Assembly (NCBI RefSeq): GCF_006345805.1
Contig: NW_021832388.1
Span: 1 to 60,812, forward strand
DNA length: 60,812 nucleotides
Direction of reading: 5' to 3'
DNA from: Octopus sinensis
Lineage: Eukaryota
Under the pieces are notes generated by a model, which saw only the letters and a program-made list of their open reading frames with translations, was not told where the DNA came from and did not search any database. This document shows positions 37,759 to 50,851 of this stretch, piece after piece. Positions within the stretch are counted from its first letter, which is position 1. Every line of letters begins with the position of its first letter. The translations under genes and the position numbers were made by a program.

Positions 37759-37797
37759 GTGTCATGATTAGTGAAAGCGAAACCGATCGGCAAACAC
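37759..37797 (+). ncRNA. Degenerate minimal hammerhead-like motif
   Basis: GTGT-CATGATTAG-TGAAAG-CGAAAC-CGATCG-GC-AA-ACAC; the core departs from CUGANGA/GUH. Confidence 0.4.
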
Positions 37798-38022
37798 AAA
37801 ATAAAATATTTTTTAAATATATATTAAAACTATGTAAAGTGTGTGCATTTTCCTTCTTTTATTTTATATCTATTTTTGCATTACAACTCGCCACGTGGAG
37901 ATAATCAAAATTCCTCCTTTTGTGTTACTATATATGTGTGTATATATATGCGTATATATATGTATTATATACATATATATACATATATACATATATACAT
38001 ATATATACATATAAACATTTAG

Positions 38023-38096
<74 letters not shown>

Positions 38097-38792
38097 GCAT
38101 ATATATATATGTATGTATATACACACATACGTATATACATGCACACATGAATTTTGATTCAAGTTTGAATAAAACATTTTGAATATATGATTTAGATTAA
38201 CAATGTTTTTAGAGTGCTTCATTAAAGAGCAACCTTCTTGGTCACTTGTTTAAGAGTATCAGATATATATATAAAATCATCGAATGAATAATAACAAGCG
38301 ATGGATGATTGTCAGCTCATTACACCTGTTTCTTATGTTACTTTTTAATAATAGAAGAATGAGAACATTAAATTTTTACAAAAACCGTAATCATCAGTAA
38401 GGGTTAAGAATGTGTGAAGAAAATATAAAAGTATACAAGCTAATTAGGCATAGGGTCGGGGCATAGGAACCTCTAGCTAATATTAAATGACCCTTACTTT
38501 TGCTGTATTCTTTCTTTCTTTATCCTTAATTTATATTATAGCCTCTCCTTACTTCCCACTGGTCTATGATTACTATAATAAAATATCCTCTACACCTCTA
38601 GCAGACTCCTATTTCACTCGGGTAACTGACCTTAGATATCATATTACACACTTTCAAGAACTATATTCTTAACCTCAACGGCTAACTTAGTTGGCCTTGA
38701 CAGACTTCAGAAATATATCTATTAACTTCAAGATGATATATATGTTCTTTTCTACTCAAGGCACAAGACCCTAAATTTTGTGGGAGGGGGCC

Positions 38793-38960
38793 AGTCGATT
38801 AGATCGACTTCAGTGCATAACTGGTACTTAATTTATCGACCCCGAAAGGATGAAAGGCGAAGTCGACCTCGGCGGAATTTGAACTCAGAACGTAAGGAAA
38901 GACGAAATACTTCTAAGCATTTCGCCCGGCGTACTAACGTTTCTGCCAGCTCACCACCTT
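38793..38960 (-). mobile_element. SINE-B variant with an alternative 3' end
   Basis: Head and core match; the 3' flank resembles 31285-31340 rather than the usual tail. Confidence 0.8.
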
Positions 38961-40073
38961 AAATCGATATATATGTTAAATAGTTTGCGTGTGATGTACA
39001 TATGTGTGTATTTGTGTATGGTGTGTATGAAGTAGGTATGTATACATGTACATCTGTCTGAATGTATGTATATGCGTGCATGTGTATATGTGTAAATATT
39101 TGTGCAAGCATGTATTTATTCGTATTTTTGTGAGTCGATATTTGTAAACACACAGATATCTCTCAGCGTGTATCTAATCTCACTTTGCCTAATACGAACA
39201 TATTTGTCAGTTTACATTTGATACGAAAATATTTTTATTATGATTCTTCATCACTATAAAATGAAGTTTTATAGAAACAGACTCATAACATTGTCTCACT
39301 CTTGAGGTTGTCGAAGTAGTTTATCAATTGACGTTTCTCCTCTTTATTAAGCCATTTTCATTGATTTTCAAATTGCTTTTTCTAATATGATATGCTTTAA
39401 TTTTTTTCCATAATACGTTCATAATTGACTACTTCCCCTCCTTTGTCTATTTCTTTATATCTCACTTTCTTCTTTACTCACTCCCTCTTTCTCTCTCCCT
39501 CCTTCTTTCTCTCTCTCGCTCTCTCTCTGTCTTCTACTTTTCAAATTCTGCCCTACTCTCTTACTCCCCATCTCTCTTTTAATCTTTACTTTGTCTTATT
39601 CCAATTATATACTTTACGCTTATCATAATCATCTTGAGGTATAGTCCTTTCTTTTCTCTCACTCTCTTCCTCTCTCTCTCTCTCTTTCTCCCTCACTCTC
39701 TCCCTCTCCCTTTATCTATCTATCTGTCTCTCTCTCACTACTCTGTAATTTACTCTCTCTCTCTCTTCTTCTTTTACTATCTCTATGATTCTTTTTCTCT
39801 CACTTTGTGTGTAACATTCTTTACTCATTGACCATCACCAATCCAAGATTGTGCCCCGTCCTGCATCTCTTACGTTAACGCTCTCTCTGTATCTCTCTTT
39901 CACTCTCCTCCCCCTCTCTTCACAAAATGTAAAGCTGGTCACGGCAAAACAACCAACCAACATTTACATCGGCTGATATTATATAGAGATACGTGTGTGT
40001 ATATTTGTATATCTTTAATCCTTTATTTGCTTCAGTAAAGATAAAAGATATACATATATATATATATATATAT

Positions 40074-40128
<55 letters not shown>

Positions 40129-40384
40129 GATTTGCATCCCCAACGTAATTCGTCTTTTTCCTAAACTAATGTAATACATATCCTTGGAGTAGTAATTGTA
40201 CGCGGCTGAAGAAGGCTATTGACATACAAATTACATCAATTATGCATTGATATAAACCGTCTAATAAAAGCCAGAAACATATGTACCGCTAAATCCTTTG
40301 CATCATGTGTTTCATTTATAATAAATATATATATATATATATAATTATATATCGGTCCCAAAACTTATTTTGTAAGCTTATATG

Positions 40385-40425
<41 letters not shown>

Positions 40426-40479
40426 CGTGTGTGTGTATATATGCATGTGTATATATATATAATACTCACACACACACAC

Positions 40480-40538
<59 letters not shown>

Positions 40539-40546
40539 TATATAGG

Positions 40547-40579
<33 letters not shown>

Positions 40580-40869
40580 AGATGAATAGATAGATAGATA
40601 TCGTACATAGACACAAACCATGTATATATTTATGCATATATATATATATTTATACATAGTACACATGTACTATGTATGTATGTATGTATGTATATACATA
40701 CATATATCAACATATATATGTATGTGTATATGTATGTAGGCATTTATATGCATACATATATAAACATATATATTATGTGTGTATGTATGTAAGTATGGAT
40801 ATGTAGGTAGGTAGGTATATATATGTATATATATATTATATATATATATGTGTGTGTGTGTGTGTTGTG

Positions 40870-41010
40870 TGTGATAGATCGCTAGCCATTACACATTCTT
40901 TATTTTCTCTCCTTGTTTCTTTCTGTGGAAGGGGGTAGGCTCGAAACGTTAAAGACTTTTTCACTCCCCTAGTTTTGTTGTCTACACCACCTGTCTTCAT
41001 CTTTTTTTTT
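40870..41010 (+). mobile_element. Penelope pLTR-like repeat (copy 2 of the 4040 family)
   Basis: GATCGCTAGCC...CTGTGGAAGGGGGTAGGCTCGAAACGTTAAAGACTT. Confidence 0.5.
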
Positions 41011-41023
41011 GTGAGTTCTCATC

Positions 41024-41072
<49 letters not shown>

Positions 41073-41668
41073 GAGAGACATACATACATACATACATACA
41101 TACATCATACATACATACATACATACATACATACATACATACATACATACAACATACATACATACATACATAATACATAAACATGCCTACATACGTGCAC
41201 ATACACACATATACGCTGATGATGGGTATATTATTGTTTTATATACAGCTAAAACTGCATTGTATTTCCTTTATTTTCTGTTGCCTGGAGACCAGGACAG
41301 CCATGATGTCATCCCACATTTTTATTCTCTTCATTAATGACCCAAAGCATTAATGTAATCAAGGAATGTCTACGTTCCTTCGGCCGTCATCAAAAACACT
41401 TTTTTATGCATCTCTATCCTTTTCTCGTATATTAAGTCACAACACCAAACGAAAAGCAGCATTAAACCGAACATCATCTGTCTTCATTTTGAATTACCTG
41501 AAGATGAGTCATGGATGAGTGGTTAAGAAGCTAGATTCTTAGTCATGCAGATCCGGTTTCCATCAAGCTGCTTAGCACCTCGGGTAAATATTTTCTGTCA
41601 TATTCTGGGATTGACCAATACATTGTGAGTAAAATTTGATACGTCTAAACAGCAGAAATTCATCATAA

Positions 41669-42046
41669 ATCTATATATATAAAGCTGAAGTTGTCAGTGC
41701 ATGGCAGGTTTGGTAGCCTTCAACTAACACTATCTCCTCCGAGACCCTGCGACGCAAGTTGACCAAAATTGAGAGCATGATAGAAGAAGGCTTGCTCTTC
41801 ATTCCGTAGAAGATAAAATTCAAATCGGACCATGTTAACACCAAAAATTATTTACATCAAAAAGGTGCTTTTTTCTATGAAAATCCCTATATTTTACGAT
41901 TTTTTGACTGCTGTGTCACCATTTTTCGGTGTATTTCAACCAGAAAAATGTTCACTTAAAGAGAATAACAAGATACATAATGCAAAATTTTTACTTTTCA
42001 AAAATTCCAATTCTAAAGGGTCGAAACGCCGGGCGATACTGCTAGT
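41669..42046 (-). mobile_element. Family D, apparently full length (about 378 bp)
   Basis: Begins ACTAGCAGTATCGCCCGG and ends CAGCTTTATATATATAGAT on the minus strand. Confidence 0.75.
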
Positions 42047-42813
42047 ACAATTGATAGCCTATACTGTACTTTATGGCGTAGCAATGCTATATTCGTGTTT
42101 TAACTGATTATATAGTCGCATTTTGGCTCCTACAAGGGTTTTTCTGCAAGAGCTCACATGACCATACATACAAATTCGTGCCGACTGGATGCTTTAAGTC
42201 GTCCAATCAAACCTTTTCCCGCCACAGCAAAATCTGTGGTCTGTTTGAGCTAGAAAAACAAAGGATGGCTTTTGAGATTTCAGTGAGGAGAAAATTGTTA
42301 ACGGAATTCCTTGACGCCATGCTTTGTCTTTCCTCGCTGTACCTTCACCAAGAAGCACGACGAACCTATTTATTTTAACAGAATTATCCATGTCTACCAG
42401 TTGCTGTATTTTCTTTTAACGGTGAAATAAATGTGGCAGTCAGCCTTTACGTTCTTCGTATTTCTTGATTTCTTTAATAATAACCCTTACTAACCCAGAA
42501 GATTATGATATAACCAGGGCATTAGCCACATTGCATCTTATTCACGTTGCTAAAATGGTTTCATATTAGAAATATATGTGAAGGTGCATGGTATTCGGTT
42601 CAAGATCTTAAACGCGTGAGTCCCATTCACACACTTATATACATGTATATGAATATATGTTTCATTATTTATATATGTATATATACATATATAAATATAT
42701 ATAAATGTACATAAATGTATGTGTGTGTATATATAGATATATATGTATGTATGTAGGTATGTATGTATGTCTACATATGCTTCATTGTTTATACATATAT
42801 ACATATATTTATA

Positions 42814-42881
<68 letters not shown>

Positions 42882-42911
42882 TATATATACATACATATAT
42901 GTATATATGTA

Positions 42912-42988
<77 letters not shown>

Positions 42989-43211
42989 TATATACATATA
43001 TGATATTATATGTGTGTGTTATATATACATATATATAAATATATGTATATATATGTTTCGCTGTTTATATATGTTTATATATATATTCCCCAGCAAAAGC
43101 AGTGATAGTCATTACCTTCTGTCACTTTTGTGGCCTCTATTAACAAGCCACCCTTTTTAATTTGTTATATCTATATATATATATATAGTGTGTGTGTGTA
43201 TATATCTCTCT

Positions 43212-43607
43212 TTCTCTCTTTTACTTGTTTCAGTCATTTGACTGCGGCCATGCTGGAGCACCGCCTTTAGTCGAGCAAATCGACCCCGGGACTTATTCTT
43301 TGTAAACCCAGTACTTATACTATCGGTCTCTTTTGCTGAACCGCTAAGCGACGGGGACGTAAACACACCAGCATCGGTTGCCAAGCAATGCTAGGGGGAC
43401 AAACACACACACATACACACATATACATATATATACATATATACAACAGGCTTCTTTCAGTTTCCGTCTACCAAATCCACTCACAAGGCATTGGTCGGCC
43501 CGGGGCTATAGCAGAAGACACTTGCCCAAGATGCCATGCAGTGGGACTGAACCCGGGACCATGTGGTTGGTTAGCAAGCTACTTACCACACAGCCACTCC
43601 TGCGCCT
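43212..43607 (-). mobile_element. SINE-A, full length
   Basis: Family match. Confidence 0.9.
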
Positions 43608-43655
43608 ATTATATATATATATGTGTGTGTGTACATATATATATATATATATATA

Positions 43656-43810
43656 TACTCTTTTTACTCTTTTACTTGTTTCAGTCATTTGACTGCGGCC
43701 ATGCTGGAGCACCACCTTTAATCGAGCAACTCGACCCCAGGTCTTATTCTTTTTTTTTGTAAGCACTGTACTTATTCTATCGGTCTCTTTTGCGAACCGC
43801 TAAGTAACGG
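43656..43810 (-). mobile_element. SINE-A tail only
   Basis: Family match. Confidence 0.85.
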
Positions 43811-43872
43811 ATATATATATATATATATATATACTATATTATATATATATATATATGATATATATATATATA

Positions 43873-46546
43873 GTCCCCTCTCGTCCCAGGAGGTAACGTG
43901 GTGGTGGAACAGTGTGTAGACAGGGCTATTAGAGAAAGAGACAGACTTGGAAGCACTGGAAGAATGGTGGTAGCAGGGAATTGTATCAGACTGCTAAAAG
44001 GGAAGCTAGGAGACAGGTCTATCTAGCCAGAGGGGAAGCAGATAAGAAAAAATTTGCCAATGTTCTGCGCCGTGAGGACCAAAGACTGGAGGTGTTTCGC
44101 GTTGCAAGACAGTGTGTGAGAGAGAATTGTGATGTGGTGGGAGAGAAGTGCGTTCGCATGGAAGATGGTTCACTTGCGCTAAACGAGGATGCAAAGAGAG
44201 AGGCTTGGAGACGCCACTATGAAAGGTTGCTGAATAAAGAAAATGAATGGGATAAAGAGAGCCTGCCGAACGTTGACCCAACAGAGGGACCAGCTATCAG
44301 GGTTGATAGTTCCTTAGTAGCTAAGGCAATTAGAAGCATGAAGACAGGGAAAGCCCCAGGCCCATCAGGTATCACTGCAGAGATGCTCAAAATATCTGGT
44401 AGTGTCGGCTATAGCCTAGTCACCTGTATAGTTAATCAGATGATACATGAAGGAGTCATACCCAATGACTGGTGTAGCAGCATAATAGTCAACTGCTACA
44501 AAGGTAAAGGTGATGCCCTAGATACAAATAATTACAGAGGTATCAAGCTGTTGGATCAGGTGATGAAGGTTACAGAGAGGGTCATAAGCCAACTAATTAG
44601 AGAGAGAGTTAGTTTAGATGAGATGCAGTTTGGTTTCGTGCCAGGGAAAAGTACCACTGATGCTATATTCCTGGTAAGGCAGCTGCAGGAGAAATACCTA
44701 GCCAAAGATAAGGCCCTGTACCTGGCTTTTGTTGACATGGAGAAAGCCTTCGACAGGGTCCCCCGATCCCTCATATGGTGGTCAATGAGGAAACTAGGAA
44801 TAGAAGAGGTTAGTGAGAGCTGTGCAAGCCATGTACAGGGACGCTGCTAGTAAGGTGAGGGTTGGAAATGAGTACAGTGAAGAATTCCGGGTAGAGGTAG
44901 GGGTCCACCAAGGCTCAGTCCTCAGCCCCTCCTATTTATCATAGTCCTCCAGGCAATAACGGAGGAATTCAAGACAGGATGCCCCTGGGAGCTCCTCTAT
45001 GCTGATGACCTTGCTCTATTGCTGAGTCATTATCAGAACTGGAGAAGAAGTTTCAGGTGTGGAAGCATGGTTTAGAATCGAAGGCCTTAGAGTCAACCTA
45101 GCTAAAACCAAAGTCCTAATAAGTAGGAAGGTAGACAAATCACAAACGCCTTCAGGTAGATGGCCCTGCTCGATCTGTAGAAAAGGTGTAGGTAGAAACT
45201 CTATAAGATGCACCAAGTGTAAGCTATGGACACATAAGAGGTGCAGCAATGTCATAGGAAGGCTAACTAGGAAGATGGTTTTTGTATGTGGCAGATGCTC
45301 GGGAGCATTAACCTCTGAAAATCTGCAGAAAACAACTTCCGTCACTTTCCAGGGCAAAAAACTAAAAGTAGTTGATAGCTTCCGTTATCTTGGTGACCAA
45401 GTCAGTAGTGGGGGTGGGTGTGCTGAAAGTGTAACGGCTAGAGTAAGAATAGCCTGGGCAAAGTTTAGGAGCTCTTACCTCTGTTGGTGACTAAAGGCCT
45501 CTCGCTCAGAGTAAAAGGCAGACTGTAGATGCATGTGTACGAACAGCCATGCTACATGGCAGTGAAACATGGGCCGTGACTGCTGAGGAACATGCGTAAG
45601 CTCGCGAGAAATGAAGCTAGTATGCTCCGTTGGATGTGTAATGTCAGTGTTCATAGTCGACAGAGTGTAAGTACCTTGAGAGAAAAGTTGGACCTAAGAG
45701 GAATCAGATGTTGTGTGCAAGAGAGACGATTGCGCTGGTATGGTCATGTGGTGAGAATGGATGAAGATAGGTGTGTGAAAAAGTGCCACACCCTGGCAGT
45801 TGAGGGGACCTGTGGAAGGGTAGACCCAGGAAAACCTGGGTCGAGGTGGTGAAGCACGACCTTCGAACTCTAGGTCTCACCAAGGAAATGACCAGAGACC
45901 GAGACCTATGGAAGTATGCTGTGCGTGAGAAGACCCGGCAAGACCAGTGAGAACAATCAAAATCAAATCATATATCAGAAAACAGGGGTTAAGTGACCCA
46001 TCCGTTCGTGTCTGCTGTCAGCCTCGTCTGGCCCCCGTGCCGGTGACACGTAAAAGCACCGTCCGCTCGTGGCCATTTGCCAGCTCTGTCTGGCAACCGT
46101 GTCGGTGGCACGTAAAAGCACCATCCGTTCGCTTCCGTTGCCAGCCTCGGCTGGCCCCCGTGCCAGTTGACACGTAAAAGCACACCGTCCGTTCGTGCCG
46201 GTTGCCAGCTCTGTCTGGCCCCGTGTCGGTGGCACGTAAAAGCACCAAAGCACCATCCTTTCGTGTCCGTTGCCAGCATCGCCTGGCCCCGTGCCGGTGA
46301 CACGTAAAAGCACCATCCGTTCGTGGCCGTTCGCCAGCTCTGTCTGGCACCTGTGCAGGTGGCACGTAAAAAACACCCACTACACTCGCGGAGTGGTTGG
46401 CGTTAGGAAGGGCATCCAGCCGTAGAAACACTGCCAGATCTGACTGGGCCTGACGAAGCCTTCCCGCTTCACAGACCCCAGTTGACCCGTCCAACCCATG
46501 CTAGCATGGAAAGCGGACGCTAAACGATGATGATGATGATGATGAT
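43873..46546 (+). mobile_element. 5'-truncated RTE-clade LINE: RT, PHD-type finger, long 3' UTR with tandem array, (GAT)n tail
   Basis: KAPGPSG, NYRGIKLL, QFGF, LYLAFVDMEKAFDRV, GVHQGSVLS, YADD at 44998-45009, FRYLG, LHGSETW, LRWYGHVVRM; several frameshifts; ORF stop near 45947-45949. Confidence 0.9.
45998..46375 (+). repeat. Six units of about 62 bp, alternating a/b types
   Basis: Each unit is CC(A/G)TCC.TTCG...GCCAG....CTGGC...CACGTAAAAGCA. Confidence 0.88.
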
Positions 46547-46906
46547 ATATATATATATAGATATATATATATATATGAATATATAAATAACACTAAAATA
46601 AAACACTAAAATAAATAACATTTAGTTGCTATACCATTAGCGGAGCTATTTTTAGCACTAGAGTGAACCACTCTCTAATATTTATGTATAAATTTGTATT
46701 TTTCCCTTGGTTTTTATGTGCTAAGCCACTTGGTGTTAAATTGATGGTATTATTGAATTAATATCAAATTTTTCACCCTCATTTATAAATTATGAATATA
46801 TAAATAGATTGTTAATAGAGATTGATAGACAGATATATATATATATGTGTATATATATATATAGAGATTGATAGACAGATATATATATATATGTGTATAT
46901 ATATAT

Positions 46907-47437
46907 ATCAAAATCAAATTCGATGATTAGCGTCTGTGCTAGCGGGGTGCAAAGAGCACCATACGAGTGTGATCGTTGACAGAGCGGCTAACCAGCTTCC
47001 TTGCCAGGGGCACATAAAAGGCACCATTCGAGCGTGATCGTTACCAGCATCGCCTTACTGGCACTCGTGCCCCGTGCTAGTAGGGTGTTAAGAGCACCAT
47101 CTGAGCGTGATCGTTGCCAGAGCGGTTACCATTCGAGCGTGATCGTTACCAGCATCGCCTTACTGGCACCTGTGCCAGTGGCATGTGTAAAAGATTCGAG
47201 CGAGGTCTTTGCCAGTACCGCCTGACTGGCTCCGTGCCAGTGGCACGTAAAATCACCCACAACACTCTCGGAGTGGTTGGCATTGGGAAGGGCATCCAGC
47301 GGTAGAAACTCTGCCAGATCAAGATTGAAGCTTGGTGCAGCCATCTGGTTTGCCAGCCCTCAGTCAAAGAGTCCAACCCATGCTCGTACAGAAAGCAGAC
47401 ATTAAACGATGATGATGATGATGATGATGATGATGAT
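46907..47437 (+). mobile_element. Stand-alone RTE-type 3' UTR/tail element with its own internal repeats
   Basis: Starts ATCAAAATCAAAT as at 45956; shares GGAAGGGCATCCAGC.GTAGAAAC and GTCCAACCCATGCT...TAAACGATGATG. Confidence 0.75.
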
Positions 47438-47541
47438 ATGAATATGAATATATGTACACACACAGATACACATATTTATATTATGTGTAGGCTTTTATTT
47501 ATGCGTCTATTCCCCATCACCACCTCGCGATCACTGTTGAA

Positions 47542-47690
47542 TTTAAATTTTAATTTTAATTTTAATTTAATTTAATTTTTATTGGCTCAAAAAGCAAAAG
47601 CAAGGCCATGTAGGGGGACGGGGAGTTATGTACAGGAAGGATGGTCATACAAAGAGCTCAGGCCATTTCCGGTCAAGAGAGACTTTGAAC
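47542..47690 (-). mobile_element. CR1-clade 3' end (same family as 25824)
   Basis: FKVSLDRKWPELFV* plus matching 3' UTR. Confidence 0.78.
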
Positions 47691-48383
47691 TGGTCCCCAC
47701 AACTTAGCAGCTCAGCAACAGAAAATAGATACAGGAAGTACCCGATTTAAAAACGTGTACCCTGTCCAAATTCCCTTGACAAAATCCTTCAAATCACTGC
47801 CCCAGCGTGGTCACAGTCCAATGACTAATACAAGTATAATGTGAAAAGATAAAAGCTTTGTTGGTGTATACATGTCAACACTTTCTATCTGAGTGCCACA
47901 TTTCAGCCACACCCAAAAACGGTGATGAGTTACCATAAAATATTTTCAAATGTTGGTGCATTACTACTTGGTCAAAAACTAGGAAAAATTCAATAATTGA
48001 TTTATATATTACAATTTATCCTGTTTTGGCAAATACATAAATTTTACTTTAGTTAAATGCAAATAATCTAAGCAAATAATATTCAGAATTCAATAACTAA
48101 AATAAAAAAAAAAAACATAAAAATTGCTACAGACATTAAAGAATAACTTTATTTCAAAGCCAAGTAAATGTTAAAAGCAGAAATATTTTTCTTGAAATCC
48201 AAGTCTGAACTATTTCATAAGTCTTTGTATAACTATACGTATATAATATGCACAAACTAAAACCAATATTCACACATGCACAAACATGTATTTTGTTTGT
48301 GACTCTTGTGAGTGTGTGTGTGTGTTTGTGTGTTCATTATCATATTTAAAGATTTATAAATGCATATCTGTATATACATAGCA

Positions 48384-48417
<34 letters not shown>

Positions 48418-48510
48418 CTTATAAATATTCATAGATGCAAAAATGCACATATGCACTCATACATCTACACACACACACACATATACACGCACGCACACAC
48501 ACACACACAC

Positions 48511-48553
<43 letters not shown>

Positions 48554-49011
48554 AACATGTACACACACACACGCACGCTTAAAATATTTTAGATCAAATG
48601 AACATGATAACACCTCAGTATAGAACTCAATACATTTAAGATGTAAGCAAAATCTAAATTTATTTGTTTATATATGTATATATATATATATCAAGAGAGG
48701 GAGAGAGAAGGAGAGAGAGAGAAAGCGAAAGAGGAAGAAAAACAACACTAAAATGTAGACATGTTTGAAAGTAGATATTCACAGATAAAAATCAAACATG
48801 AAGAAGCACATATCTATGAAAAGGCATGGCTTTGTGTGTGTATGTGTATATAGGTGTGTGTGTGTGTGTGTATACATACATACATAACATATATGTATGT
48901 ATGTTTCTCTTCTCTATTTTAAATCATCTAGATTCTTCCTCTGAAGAAAGGGTTGCTTCCTAACAAAGACACAAAAGCTCTATTGTTGGACTGTAGAAAA
49001 CGAAAACAATG

Positions 49012-49075
49012 TTACATTTTAAACTTGAGAAAAGTCTTGCATAATTTTACTGTTCCACTTACAGATTCTATTTGT
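49012..49075 (-). mobile_element. RLE-type LINE (second family) terminal codons
   Basis: IQIESVSGTVKLCKTFLKFKM*. Confidence 0.55.
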
Positions 49076-49745
49076 ATGTATGTATGTATGTATGTATGTA
49101 TGTATGTATGTATGTATGTATGTATGTATGTATGTGTATGTATGTATGTGTGTGTGTATGTATGTATGTATGTATGCATGTATGTATGTGTGTGTGTATG
49201 TGTGTATGTGTGTATGTATGTATGCATGTATGTATGTATGTATGTATGTATGTATTATGTATGTATGTATGTATGTATGTATGTGTGTGTATGTATGTAT
49301 GTATGTATGTATGCATGCATGTATGTGTGTGTGTATGTATGTATGTATGTATGTATGTATGTATGCATGCATGTATGTGTGTGTGTATGTATGTATGTAT
49401 GTGTGTATGTATGCATGTATGTATGTATGTATGTGTGTGTATGCATGTATGTATGTATGTATGTATGTATGTATTATGTATGTATGTATGTATGTATGTA
49501 TGTGTGTGTATGTATGTATGTATGTATGTATGCATGCATGTATGTGTGTGTGTATGTATGTATGTATGTATGTATGTATGTATGCATACATGTATGTGTG
49601 TATGTATGTATGTATGCATGCATGTATGTGTGTATGTATGCATGTAAGTATGTATGTATGCATGTATGTATGTATGTATGTATGTATGTATGTATGTATG
49701 TATGCATGCATAAATGTATGTATGTATGTATGTATGTGTGTGTAT
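49073..49745. repeat. (TATG)n/(TG) complex tract with a 219-bp higher-order duplication
   Basis: TATTA interruption at about 49253 and 49472; YYVC recurs after 73 codons in the ORF track. Confidence 0.88.
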
Positions 49746-49929
49746 ATTGGACTGTGTTGAACAAATAACAGAAGAGGTTGTCAATGCATGGCATATAGTG
49801 TATGGGTTATTGAAAAACAATTTCTATCACCTGATTTGAGTTTCAGTATGTAAAACTCAGGTTGTGAGATAAAAATTCAGCTGAATAGGTTATATATATG
49901 TATATATGTATATGTGTATATATATATAT

Positions 49930-50043
49930 ACTCTTTTACTCTTTCGCTTGTCTCAGTCATTTAACTGCGGCATGCTGGGGCACAGCCTTTAGTCGAGCAA
50001 ATCGACCAAAGCATTGTGAGTGGATTTGGTAGACGGAAACTGA

Positions 50044-50081
<38 letters not shown>

Positions 50082-50305
50082 ATGTATGTGTGTGCATATG
50101 TTTGTTTGTCTGTGTTTGTTCCCCCAACATCGCTTGACAACTGATGGTGGTGTGTTTATGTCCCTGTAACTTAGCAGTTCAGCAAAAGAGACTGATAGAA
50201 CAGAATAAGTAATTAGCTTCCAAAGAATAAGTCCTGGAGTTGATTTGCTTGACTAAAGGTGGTGCTCCAGCATGGGCACAGTCAAATGACTGAAACAAGT
50301 AAAAG
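49930..50305. mobile_element. Inverted fusion of two SINE-A pieces
   Basis: Minus-strand tail 49930-50007 joined at CGACC (50003-50007) to a plus-strand copy. Confidence 0.8.
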
Positions 50306-50390
50306 TGGTTTCAACTAAGAAGGAAGGAGCTAGTTTCTAACAAAGAAACAGAATCTCCATTGGTGGAATTTGAATAAACATGAACACACA

Positions 50391-50575
50391 GTTCTATATT
50401 TAAGAGATGTGAAATTATGTACAATATTTACATTATTTACATTATTTACAATTGATGGATATTTGTCCTCATCTTCTTTGTTGTTAGCACAACATTTTGG
50501 GTGATATACCCTCCAGCCTTCATCAGGTGTCTTAGGGAAATTTCGAACCTGGGTTCCCATTCCTAAGGTATTTTT
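50391..50575 (-). mobile_element. Repeat with a hammerhead-like motif; partial copy at 52718-52775 (+)
   Basis: Minus strand ACAC-CTGATGA-AGGCTG...CACC-CAAAATGTT-GTGC at 50487-50530. Confidence 0.55.
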
Positions 50576-50664
50576 TTATGTTGTTGTTGTTGTTGATGCT
50601 GCTGCTGCTGCTGTTGTTGTTGCTGTTGTTGTTGTTGTTGTTGTTCTTCTTCTTCTTCTTCTTC

Positions 50665-50722
<58 letters not shown>

Positions 50723-50760
50723 CATTATTATTATCATTATTATTATTATTATCATTATTA

Positions 50761-50791
<31 letters not shown>

Positions 50792-50851
50792 TATTATTAA
50801 GGCAGCACGTTATCAGCGCCTTATTTTATTATTATTATTATTATTATTATT

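Noticed and set aside
42178-42391. Short opposing ORFs
   Set aside because: No homology recognised and no splice support.
45998-46375. CRISPR-like look of the 62-bp array
   Set aside because: No unique spacers, whole units are homologous, eukaryotic LINE context, no cas genes.
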